Assembly: GCA_032249235.1 (NCBI GenBank)
Contig: JAVVGF010000001.1
Span: forward strand, 416,001 to 480,000
Source of the DNA: Thermoproteota archaeon
GTDB taxonomy: Archaea; Thermoproteota; Thermoprotei; Gearchaeales; Gearchaeaceae
Direction of reading: 5' to 3'
Length of the DNA: 64,000 nucleotides
Made by a program: the position numbers and the translations under genes. The notes under the pieces are model-generated. The model was not told the DNA's origin and searched no databases. It saw nothing but the letters and a program-made list of their open reading frames with translations. Each line of letters begins with the position of its first letter. Position 1 is the first letter of the stretch. Positions 52,294 to 60,675 of this stretch are shown here, one piece after another.

Positions 52294-53781
52294 TTATTCT
52301 CTCATAAGAGACAACTGCTTAACAAACCATAGGGTACCAACCTTTGCATCTTCAACTTCAATACCTAGTTTCCTTAGTTTTTCCCTTATTTTATCTGCCT
52401 CACTATAATTTGCTTGTTTTCTTAGTTCTTCTCTCTTTTTTATAAGTTCCTCGATGAATTTTTCGAAATCTTCGTTCAATTCAACACGCATTTCTTTTTT
52501 GTATAGATCGCCGAAGATGATTTCACCTATTGGATCTATCATGTTAAGTAATTTCTCTGCGATTGTGGAATCTAGATATCCGTTATTTTCCACATAAGTT
52601 ATAATAATTCTCGCCATTTCGTCTAGATGCTTTATTGCAAGCGGAGTATTCAGGTCATCATTCATAGCTTCTAAAAACTTAATGAAGTTTTCCTCGATAG
52701 TTTTCAATAAGTTGATGCTTTTCTCTTCTTTTATGTTCATTTTTCTCGATTTTATTAAGAACTGAACTGCCTTAGATACTCTTTCAACAATCAACTTAGC
52801 TTCTTCAATACCTTTTTCATCGAATAACAATTGTTTCCTATAATGCGTTGAAAGCAAGTATAATCGCAAATTTGTAGCGCCGTATTTCTTTATAGCATCC
52901 CGTAAGTAAATAAGTCTCTTATAAGATTTAGACATCTTTTCTCCTCCTAGCAATACATGTCTAGTATGTAGCCAGTATCTAACGAAAGGTTTTCCTGTAG
53001 CTGCTTCGCTTTGTGCAAGCTCATTTTCATGATGTGGAAAAATATTATCCTCGCCACCTGTATGAATATCGAAACTTTCGCCCAAATATTTCATTGACAT
53101 TGCTGAACATTCAATATGCCAACCAGGTCTTCCTTTACCCCATGGAGAATACCAGTATGGCTCATTAGGTTTGGTAGCTTTCCATAAAGCAAAATCTCCA
53201 ATATATTCTTTGTCATATTCGTCTTTTGCAATCCTTCCGCTTGCTCCAACTAATAATGCTTCCTTTTTTATTCCAGAGAGTTTTCCATAATCTTTAAATT
53301 TCTGTATGCTAAAGTAAACACCATCTTCAGCTACATATGCAAAACCTTTAGCTATTAATTTTTCAATCAGTTCAATCATTTCTTGTATATGCTGTGTAGC
53401 TAAAGGATGCACATTTGCTCTCTCTATTCCCAATGCAGCTCTGTCTTCAAAATAAGCTTTGGTATATTTTTCGATCAATTGCTGATAGCTTATCTTTTCT
53501 TCTTCAAGCCTCTTAAGTATTTTTTCATCTATTGAAATATCTGTTATATTAGAAACATGAAAGACTTCATAACCTAAAAATCTTAAATATCTAACTAAAA
53601 CATCCCAAACAGTATAAGTCCTAGCATGACCGATATGCATGTAGTCATTTACAGTTAAGCCACAGCTATATATCCTTACTTTATTGTCTTCTATGGGCTT
53701 GAATTTCTCTAAATCTTTTGTAAGTGTATTGTATAATCTTAAGTTTTCTCTAATTTCTTCTAGCTTAACAGGGATAATCAC
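52294..53781 (-). CDS. cysS: Cysteine--tRNA ligase
   Basis: YSCG, HIGH, GRPGWHIECSAM, FPHHENE, KMSKS. Confidence 0.97.
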   Translation of the reverse strand: MIIPVKLEEIRENLRLYNTLTKDLEKFKPIEDNKVRIYSCGLTVNDYMHIGHARTYTVWDVLVRYLRFLGYEVFHVSNITDISIDEKILKRLEEEKISYQQLIEKYTKAYFEDRAALGIERANVHPLATQHIQEMIELIEKLIAKGFAYVAEDGVYFSIQKFKDYGKLSGIKKEALLVGASGRIAKDEYDKEYIGDFALWKATKPNEPYWYSPWGKGRPGWHIECSAMSMKYLGESFDIHTGGEDNIFPHHENELAQSEAATGKPFVRYWLHTRHVLLGGEKMSKSYKRLIYLRDAIKKYGATNLRLYLLSTHYRKQLLFDEKGIEEAKLIVERVSKAVQFLIKSRKMNIKEEKSINLLKTIEENFIKFLEAMNDDLNTPLAIKHLDEMARIIITYVENNGYLDSTIAEKLLNMIDPIGEIIFGDLYKKEMRVELNEDFEKFIEELIKKREELRKQANYSEADKIREKLRKLGIEVEDAKVGTLWFVKQLSLMRE

Positions 53782-53817
53782 CTTTCATGCTCATCATGAT
53801 ATCCTCTTCAAATTTAT

Positions 53818-54855
53818 TTATAAACTTGCAAGCTCTCTGACTTTTTTAGCTATCGCATCTGCTACTTCATATGTTTTAGCATTGCCTCCAAGATCATAAG
53901 TTAATGTTTTACCTTCTTTTAGAACTTCAATAACTGCTCTCTCTATTATGTTAGCAACTTTATCCATTTTGAACCATTCAAACATCATTTTCATCGAAAG
54001 TATAGTAGCTATAGGATTTACTACATTCTTGCCTGCATACTTTGGTGCAGATCCATGAACAGGCTCAAACATTGCATAGTTATCTCCAATATTTGCAGCA
54101 GCAGCTAATCCTATTCCGCCAGCTACATGTGCTGCTTCATCAGATAATATATCACCAAACATGTTCTCGGCAACGATAACATCATATTCATGCGGTCTTT
54201 TTATTAAATTTACTGTCATTATGTCAATGTGAGCGTCATCTACAGTTACTTCAGGATATTCTCTTTTAGCCATTTCATAAATCGTATTCTTAAATAATCC
54301 ATCCGTGAGTCTTAGAATATTTGCTTTATGAACGATTGTTAAATGTTTCTTCCTAGATTTAGCAAGCTCTAATGCTACTCTGCCAATTCTTTCCGAACCT
54401 TTTTTAGTTATTACTCTCAATGCGGCTGCAGCATCAGGTAGTTTAAACTCGATACCTGCATACAGGCCCTCTGTATTTTCTCTTACTATTACAAGATCTA
54501 CATCTTCTCTTATAGGATTTGTTCGAGGATAAACCTTTGCAGGTCTAATATTTGCATACAAATCAAACATTTTCCTAATTTGAACTGCAACGCTTGGAGG
54601 AGCACCTTCTTCTTCTGGTGTAGTCATAGGTCCTTTAAGAACGCAATCACTTTTCCTTAAGATTTCTATTGTCTCTTTTGGTAAATTCGTGCCGTATTTC
54701 TCGATGCAATAATACCCAGCTTCGCCGAATTCATATTTTATCTGTAAGCCTTTTATGCTATCTTGTAAGGCATCTAGAACTCTTAGTGTAGCGTCAACCA
54801 CTTCTGGGCCTATGCCATCACCTTTTAGTACAGCTAGTCTAATTGGTTTACTCAT
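53818..54855 (-). CDS. Isocitrate/isopropylmalate dehydrogenase family protein
   Basis: GDGIGPEV, RENTEGLY, HKAN, NMFGDILSD, FEPVHGSAP. Confidence 0.92.
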   Translation of the reverse strand: MSKPIRLAVLKGDGIGPEVVDATLRVLDALQDSIKGLQIKYEFGEAGYYCIEKYGTNLPKETIEILRKSDCVLKGPMTTPEEEGAPPSVAVQIRKMFDLYANIRPAKVYPRTNPIREDVDLVIVRENTEGLYAGIEFKLPDAAAALRVITKKGSERIGRVALELAKSRKKHLTIVHKANILRLTDGLFKNTIYEMAKREYPEVTVDDAHIDIMTVNLIKRPHEYDVIVAENMFGDILSDEAAHVAGGIGLAAAANIGDNYAMFEPVHGSAPKYAGKNVVNPIATILSMKMMFEWFKMDKVANIIERAVIEVLKEGKTLTYDLGGNAKTYEVADAIAKKVRELASL

Positions 54856-54878
54856 CGTTTAGGATTCAAAATATTGAA

Positions 54879-55286
54879 CTAATAAAACTTTCTATAAGTC
54901 CTCCATCCTTCAATGAAGAAAACAATTCCAGCGCTTAAAAGAAAAATAGATGGCAAAAATAAAGTCAAGTTAAAACTCGTTGATAAGGAAAGGAAAATAA
55001 AATAAAACGATAGCGTAAGATAAAAGGCTGCAAAGAGAAATAATCGAGGAATTAAAATCTCACCTATTTTTATTAAATCTTTCACAATGTCTGGTTTAAC
55101 CTCTTTTACTAATTTATATCTCCCTAATTCTTCCTTTGCTAATCCCATTTCTTCGAGTCTTTTAAGATGATATTCAGCTAGCGAAGGAGATTTGAAGCCC
55201 AATGCTCTTTGAACCTCTCTAACACCTACTTCTTCTTTTTTTAATAAATAAAGGTAAACCTGTAATGTTTTACCCCTAAGCTCCAT
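54879..55286 (-). CDS. Winged-helix transcriptional regulator with two C-terminal TM helices
   Basis: GKTLQVYLYLL..GVREVQRALGFKSPSLAEYHLKRL, then two hydrophobic helices. Confidence 0.8.
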   Translation of the reverse strand: MELRGKTLQVYLYLLKKEEVGVREVQRALGFKSPSLAEYHLKRLEEMGLAKEELGRYKLVKEVKPDIVKDLIKIGEILIPRLFLFAAFYLTLSFYFIFLSLSTSFNLTLFLPSIFLLSAGIVFFIEGWRTYRKFY

Positions 55287-55352
55287 TTCTAGATTTATTA
55301 GGCATATAACCTTAAGTATATTAATGCTTCGTTTGCGGGTGAAACAATGTTC

Positions 55353-55381
55353 AAAAGTTTTGTAAGTTCGTAAAAACTTTT
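55353..55381. promoter_or_regulatory. 9-bp inverted repeat (AAAAGTTTT-N11-AAAACTTTT) overlapping a BRE/TATA-like element
   Basis: Perfect inverted repeat at 55353-55361 / 55373-55381 in the divergent gap; low complexity, so it may be chance. Confidence 0.3.
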
Positions 55382-55393
55382 ATTTTTAAAACA

Positions 55394-56527
55394 TTGAATT
55401 TTCATTCAAATATCGTGAATAAAATAGTATTGTATAGTGTAGCAGGAATATTGATTGCGCTAATGTTAGTAGCAGTGTTTGAACTTTATTCACCTCTGAG
55501 AGAAAATATTATCTCCACTACAACGCCAACCTCGTTTAACTACAATTTTGTACTATGCATTACGGATCCTCCATTAACAATAGGCGAAGTTGAAAACATC
55601 TATTTGAATTATCAGAATGTGTATATCCATTATGCAGATAAGGGCAACTGGTTAGTATTGAATAGTAGTGGAACGTTGGAGCTTAAAGGATTAGCCAATT
55701 TTGCCCAAGTGTTAGGCGTAGCTAAATTGCCAAGCGGTAAATACGATTTGTTGAAATTTACAAGCTTGAATGTTACTATTGATTATGAAGGAACGAATTA
55801 TACTGCGATACTACCAACGAATGATTTAGCAGTTACGATTTCTCCGCCTCTGGATATAAGCGATGAGAAATCTAAAGCCCTTTTAGTTCAACTCGTTCCA
55901 AGAGTTATCATGAATCCTACCAAAGAAAACGAGTTTATTTTCATACCTTATTCAAAAACTATTATAATCGACAATGTGAATGATCTAATATCTAACATTA
56001 CAAGCATAAATTTAAAACAAATAATTAAAGAGCAATTAAGAATCCCTATAAGAAATCCCAACATAATTAAGAATCTAATAAATATGAGCAAATATAATAC
56101 AATAGAAATATTTAATGCATCACTTTCTTCATCTTCCTTATCTTTCGCTTTAAATAATACTGGCAATGATTCAATAGAATTAAAGCTACTATTCGTTTAT
56201 TCAGAATTCAGCTTTAAAGGTAAGCAAAGATATTTCATTTCAGGTGTATTCAAGTTTTCACCGAATGGAGATTTAGAATATATTCCTGTATTTAATCCAC
56301 AGGTTTTTAAAGAAATCTACACTTTAAGTAAAGGTTTTGTATTAGAACCGCATGAGACCAAAACTTTCCATTATGAAGGCAAAATAAATTTATTTTATTT
56401 TATAAAAGAAGCGGGGAAGGGATTTTCTAAGTTAGGAAATAGAATGATTGAAAGTAATCTTAGCTTTACTTTAATAATTATAGGCGAGCCTTTAGTATTT
56501 GTTTCTATTACACTGGTTTCCAGCTGA
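55394..56527 (+). CDS. Membrane-anchored DUF4382-like extracellular protein
   Basis: N-terminal TM, T-rich linker, ITDPP motif, LPSGKYD; likely start GTG 55415. Confidence 0.7.
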   Translation: MNFHSNIVNKIVLYSVAGILIALMLVAVFELYSPLRENIISTTTPTSFNYNFVLCITDPPLTIGEVENIYLNYQNVYIHYADKGNWLVLNSSGTLELKGLANFAQVLGVAKLPSGKYDLLKFTSLNVTIDYEGTNYTAILPTNDLAVTISPPLDISDEKSKALLVQLVPRVIMNPTKENEFIFIPYSKTIIIDNVNDLISNITSINLKQIIKEQLRIPIRNPNIIKNLINMSKYNTIEIFNASLSSSSLSFALNNTGNDSIELKLLFVYSEFSFKGKQRYFISGVFKFSPNGDLEYIPVFNPQVFKEIYTLSKGFVLEPHETKTFHYEGKINLFYFIKEAGKGFSKLGNRMIESNLSFTLIIIGEPLVFVSITLVSS

Positions 56528-57235
56528 TTAAAACTCTATAGGTAGATCGGTATCTTTCAATATAACATCTCCATTTGGTTTTAAGCTCATTTTGATCGAA
56601 TGAACTTCTACCCCTTTTGAATAGGCTTCTTTTATGAGTTTTCCTAATATTGGATCTGCAACATGATTTGGCTTGAAAGCTTTAGCTAGAGGATGAGCTG
56701 CTATGAAAACAAGCATTGTTCTTTTGCCTTTTTCATTTAAAGAAATCAGCTCTTCAACATGCTTTCTTCCTCTTAACGAAGGACAATCTGGATACATAGC
56801 ATAGTATCCATCAAAAAATACTGCTGACTTTACCTCAAGATATAGCTCATCATTGTCTTTCTTAAACAAGTAGTCTATTAGTGAATTATTGACTCTTATA
56901 TTTCTTTTAATAAGCTTGAAATCCTTCAACCATGTGATTAAATTTTTTTGATGAGCTATTTCGAAGCATTCCATTTGTAGTCTTGTGTCAATTAAGCAAA
57001 ATTCATCATCGGTTACTTTAGTACCTACAAGCACATATCTTAACTTTTTAGGTTTTTCAATTTTTAGGCATAAACCAATATTGTTTTCGAATACTATTTC
57101 ATTAAGTCTTCCAGTATTTGTAAGCCAAACTTTTTCTTCTTTTTCCCCAATTTTCGTTAAAACTGTAAATCTATTTAATCTCTTTATGATAGTACAATAT
57201 TCAAGATATCCCAAGTTTGTTATGTAGGAATCCAC
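56528..57235 (-). CDS. sfsA: SfsA family DNA/RNA nuclease
   Basis: RLNRF, NTGRL.E, IDY...YLEVKS, YPDCPSLRGRKHV. Confidence 0.93.
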   Translation of the reverse strand: MDSYITNLGYLEYCTIIKRLNRFTVLTKIGEKEEKVWLTNTGRLNEIVFENNIGLCLKIEKPKKLRYVLVGTKVTDDEFCLIDTRLQMECFEIAHQKNLITWLKDFKLIKRNIRVNNSLIDYLFKKDNDELYLEVKSAVFFDGYYAMYPDCPSLRGRKHVEELISLNEKGKRTMLVFIAAHPLAKAFKPNHVADPILGKLIKEAYSKGVEVHSIKMSLKPNGDVILKDTDLPIEF

Positions 57236-57272
57236 AAGATACCTTAAAATATGAAAATAAAATTATAAGCTC

Positions 57273-57677
57273 ATGCCAAATGTTATAAGACATTTAGTTA
57301 AGGATTTAATGAGACATGATATACTAGTTACTGTTAGCTCTAAGACCCCAATTCTAGAAGCGGTTAAGAAAATGGCACAGCATAATATTGGAAGTGTGGT
57401 TGTAGTAGATGATAATAATAGAGTAATAGGTATTTTCACTGAGAGAGATTTAGTAAGGGTTGTAGCAAATTCAATCAATTTAAATGCTGAAATCGAAAAA
57501 GTAATGACAAAAAATCCCGTAACAATTAATTATGATGAATATGTTGAAAAAGCAATATTATTGATGAGAGAAAACAATATAAGACATCTGCCAGTAGTAA
57601 ATAAGGAAAATAAGTTCGTAGGGATGATTTCGTTAAGAGATGTTTCGAAACTTATAATTTCTGAAGTACTTGAATAG
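57273..57677 (+). CDS. CBS domain pair protein
   Basis: IGIFTERD, IRHLPVV, GMISLRD. Confidence 0.93.
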   Translation: MPNVIRHLVKDLMRHDILVTVSSKTPILEAVKKMAQHNIGSVVVVDDNNRVIGIFTERDLVRVVANSINLNAEIEKVMTKNPVTINYDEYVEKAILLMRENNIRHLPVVNKENKFVGMISLRDVSKLIISEVLE

Positions 57678-57710
57678 TTATTTTACCAATTTAATCTTTT
57701 ATTAAAATAA

Positions 57711-58748
57711 TTAATTAAACTTTGGTTTTAATAAGACTTTTATGCAATTTCCACTTTTTAGTGTTTCGAAAGCCTTATCAAAATTTAATAAATCAAATCT
57801 ATGGGTTATAAATTCCTCAAAAGGAAATCCAAATTTTTTAATTAACTTTTCTAACAAAAACCATGTTTCGAACATTTTTCTCCCAAATACACCTTTAAGC
57901 TCGATTTCTTTTAAAATTATATTCTCAGCAATCTCTATAGTAATTTCACGTTGTGGTATTCCAAATAAAATAGCAGTTGATCCAGATTTTAAAAGTTTAA
58001 GTCCTTTAGTAAATCCATCTTGTGAACCTGACATTTCAAACAAGATATCTACTCCTTCTTCAACCTCGCTTCTAATAATGTGCTCAACATTTTCTTTTTT
58101 AGAATTGATCACTGTATCTGCGCCGAAAACTTTAGCTACTTTTAATCTATAATCCGAAATATCAACCCCTATCACATGGCTTGCACCTAGTTTTTTCAAG
58201 AAATAAATCGTAGCTATCCCTATTGGCCCGCACCCATATACTAATATGTCTTTGCCTATAGGATTTGTTTCTGAAATTGCATGAACAGCATTGCCAAGTG
58301 GTTCTAAGGAAGAAGCATATTCATAGTTTAAATTCAAATTAAGCTTCCATAGCGAAATTTCCTTAGTTTTGCAATATTCTGCAAAGCAACCATCTATATC
58401 GACGCCAAGCACTTTAAGATTTTTGCATATATGCATTCTTCCTGTTTTACAATAATAACAATTCATGCAAGGGATATGAGATTCCCCTGCTACGATATCT
58501 CCTATCTCTAAACTTTTCACATTCTTTCCTTTTTTTATAACCTTTCCAACCATTTCATGACCTATTATTCTTGGTATTCCTATCCTATTTTTAGCCCAAT
58601 CATCCCATTCATAAATATGAATATCTGTTCCGCATATTGAAGAACTCAATATTTCAACTATTACCTCATCTTCCTCCTCAATTCTAGGTTCTTGAGCTTC
58701 AATAAGCGTTAAACCTTTTGCAGGTTGAATTTTTGCTAAAGCCTTCAT
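57711..58748 (-). CDS. tdh: L-threonine 3-dehydrogenase
   Basis: ICGTDIHIYEWD.W, GHE, CxxCxxC...C, EPLGNAVH; divergent from kbl. Confidence 0.92.
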   Translation of the reverse strand: MKALAKIQPAKGLTLIEAQEPRIEEEDEVIVEILSSSICGTDIHIYEWDDWAKNRIGIPRIIGHEMVGKVIKKGKNVKSLEIGDIVAGESHIPCMNCYYCKTGRMHICKNLKVLGVDIDGCFAEYCKTKEISLWKLNLNLNYEYASSLEPLGNAVHAISETNPIGKDILVYGCGPIGIATIYFLKKLGASHVIGVDISDYRLKVAKVFGADTVINSKKENVEHIIRSEVEEGVDILFEMSGSQDGFTKGLKLLKSGSTAILFGIPQREITIEIAENIILKEIELKGVFGRKMFETWFLLEKLIKKFGFPFEEFITHRFDLLNFDKAFETLKSGNCIKVLLKPKFN

Positions 58749-58797
58749 TGATGATTAAAGTCTTAACTTAATATAAATATTGAATATTATTTCCAAT

Positions 58798-59979
58798 ATG
58801 AGCACTAAAATATCCTTTATGAAAGAAACACTTGAACAAATGGAAAGGGATTATCTGATATGGGAGGAATTTGTCCTAGAAGGTCCTTCTGAAACATGGA
58901 CAATAGTAAATGGAAAACGCGTTCTAGTAATGTGCTCAAACAATTACTTAGGTCTTGCAAATCATCCTAGACTGAAGAAGGCTGCGATAGAAGCAATAGA
59001 AAAATATGGTGCTGGTTCTGGTTCAGTTAGACCTATTGCTGGAACGATGAAGATTCATCTAGAATTAGAGCAAGAAATGGCTAAATATAAAAGAAAAGAA
59101 GCTTCTATAACATTTCAATCTGGCTTCGCAGCAAACATGGGATCAATTCCTCAACTGGTAGATCAAGGCGATTTAATAATAAGCGATGAGCTTAATCATG
59201 GTAGTATCATCGATGGTATAAGGCTTAGTAGGGCTGAAAAGCGAATATATGGTCATAGAGACGTTTCTAGTTTAGAAAAAATATTGGCTACGGAAGCGAA
59301 GAAATTTAGAAGAATTCTAGTAGTTACAGATGGCGTATTCAGCATGGATGGCGATATAGCTCCTTTGCCAGAGATAGTTAAACTTTGTGATGAATATAAT
59401 GCTTTACTTTATGTAGATGATGCACACGGTGATGGTGTTCTTGGAGAAAATGGAAGAGGTATTGCTAATCATTTCCATTTGGAAGATAAAGTAGATATTG
59501 AAATGGGTACTTTTTCGAAAGCCTTTGGTTGTGTTGGAGGATATATCGTCGGTAGCAAATTATTATGCGATTATCTTAGAAATAAAGTTAGACCATATTT
59601 ATTAACTGGTTCTCAACCTCCTCCTGTAGCGGCTGCATGCCTTGAAGCAATAAAGATAGTTCAAGAAGATAGCTCGCTTTTCACAAAATTATGGGATAAT
59701 ACTAGGTACTTTAAAAAATCTCTTCAACAAATGGGTTTTGATATAGGTCAAAGCCAAACTCCTATAACGCCAATTATAATAGGCGAGAACAAAACAACGA
59801 AAGAATTTAGTAAAATGCTTTTTAAAGAGGGAGTATTTGGAGTTCCAATTTATTATCCTATGGTTCCTAAAGGTAAAGCAAGGATAAGAACTATCGTAAC
59901 AGCTGTTCATACAAAGGAAGATTTGGATTTTGCGCTAAATACATTCGAAAAAGTAGGTAAGGCTTTGAAAGTAATATAA
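58798..59979 (+). CDS. kbl: Glycine C-acetyltransferase (2-amino-3-ketobutyrate CoA ligase)
   Basis: SNNYLGL, NHGSIIDG, DGVFSMDGD, DDAHG, TFSKA; paired with tdh; ATG 58798 preferred to TTG 58780. Confidence 0.9.
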   Translation: MSTKISFMKETLEQMERDYLIWEEFVLEGPSETWTIVNGKRVLVMCSNNYLGLANHPRLKKAAIEAIEKYGAGSGSVRPIAGTMKIHLELEQEMAKYKRKEASITFQSGFAANMGSIPQLVDQGDLIISDELNHGSIIDGIRLSRAEKRIYGHRDVSSLEKILATEAKKFRRILVVTDGVFSMDGDIAPLPEIVKLCDEYNALLYVDDAHGDGVLGENGRGIANHFHLEDKVDIEMGTFSKAFGCVGGYIVGSKLLCDYLRNKVRPYLLTGSQPPPVAAACLEAIKIVQEDSSLFTKLWDNTRYFKKSLQQMGFDIGQSQTPITPIIIGENKTTKEFSKMLFKEGVFGVPIYYPMVPKGKARIRTIVTAVHTKEDLDFALNTFEKVGKALKVI

Positions 59980-60017
59980 TTTTCAAGTTTTTTAAACTAA
60001 GACCGACATATAATTAT

Positions 60018-60356
60018 ATGCCTACACTAAATATTGGAACTATAATCGCAGGAGCTTATGCAGATAAAGTTAGGAGGACTTTATTTGCAATTACCAAGAG
60101 CCTACAAGAGACAGGTCAATTAAAAAATGAAGATGTAGCATACGCTGCAGCAATGTTGAATCAAACTTTGTATAAGATAATTGTGGAGAAATTAAAATGT
60201 GATAAAGGAGACGTTGTTAGAATAGTTATTGATTTCGATGTAAAAGATGGTAAAATAGAATGGCGATATGATACTTTAAAAATCGAATGGTACGTTAAAA
60301 AAGATCAATCAATTGTAGATCAAGCAGTAAAAGAAGTTTTAGAAACAATAAAATAA
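60018..60356 (+). CDS. DUF2258 / ThermoDBP-related ssDNA-binding protein
   Basis: GTIIAGAYADKVRRTLFA and KGDVVRIVIDF motifs. Confidence 0.85.
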   Translation: MPTLNIGTIIAGAYADKVRRTLFAITKSLQETGQLKNEDVAYAAAMLNQTLYKIIVEKLKCDKGDVVRIVIDFDVKDGKIEWRYDTLKIEWYVKKDQSIVDQAVKEVLETIK

Positions 60357-60380
60357 AAAAATAAAATTATTTCTTTTATT

Positions 60381-60530
60381 TTACTTCTTTAATTTACCTA
60401 TTCTGAATACTGTTCCTCCGCAGATTGGACAAGTACCTTTTACAGCAGGTCTGCCGTTCTTTAATGTTACTTCGACTGGGTTCTTTATTTCTACTACTTT
60501 CTTATCCTTTACACAGTAGGCGGTTACCAT
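60381..60530 (-). CDS. 49-aa basic zinc-ribbon protein (DUF5679-like), below the ORF-track cutoff
   Basis: MVTAYCVKDKKVVEIKNPVEVTLKNGRPAVKGTCPICGGTVFRIGKLKK*; upstream AAAAACTTTATATA BRE/TATA. Confidence 0.88.
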   Translation of the reverse strand: MVTAYCVKDKKVVEIKNPVEVTLKNGRPAVKGTCPICGGTVFRIGKLKK

Positions 60531-60562
60531 GGCTTTTCTGAAATTAATTACCCTTGGATTAA

Positions 60563-60576
60563 TATATAAAGTTTTT
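60563..60576 (-). promoter_or_regulatory. BRE-TATA promoter of the 49-aa gene
   Basis: Minus strand AAAAACTTTATATA about 33 nt upstream of the ATG. Confidence 0.6.
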
Positions 60577-60675
60577 GCTGTTTATTGCAAAAATTACGAA
60601 TAGGAATTTATGCATAAAAAACAAAAATGAAAAAGAAAAATTTAAATACTAATTGTTCAATAACCTATATAATGT

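Noticed and set aside
53775-53817. ATGATGA and TTGAAGA on the minus strand between the dehydrogenase gene and cysS as a second box C/D RNA
   Set aside because: No CTGA boxes at the required spacing
57711-59979. Divergent tdh/kbl pair as a novel system
   Set aside because: This is the well-known threonine catabolic pathway
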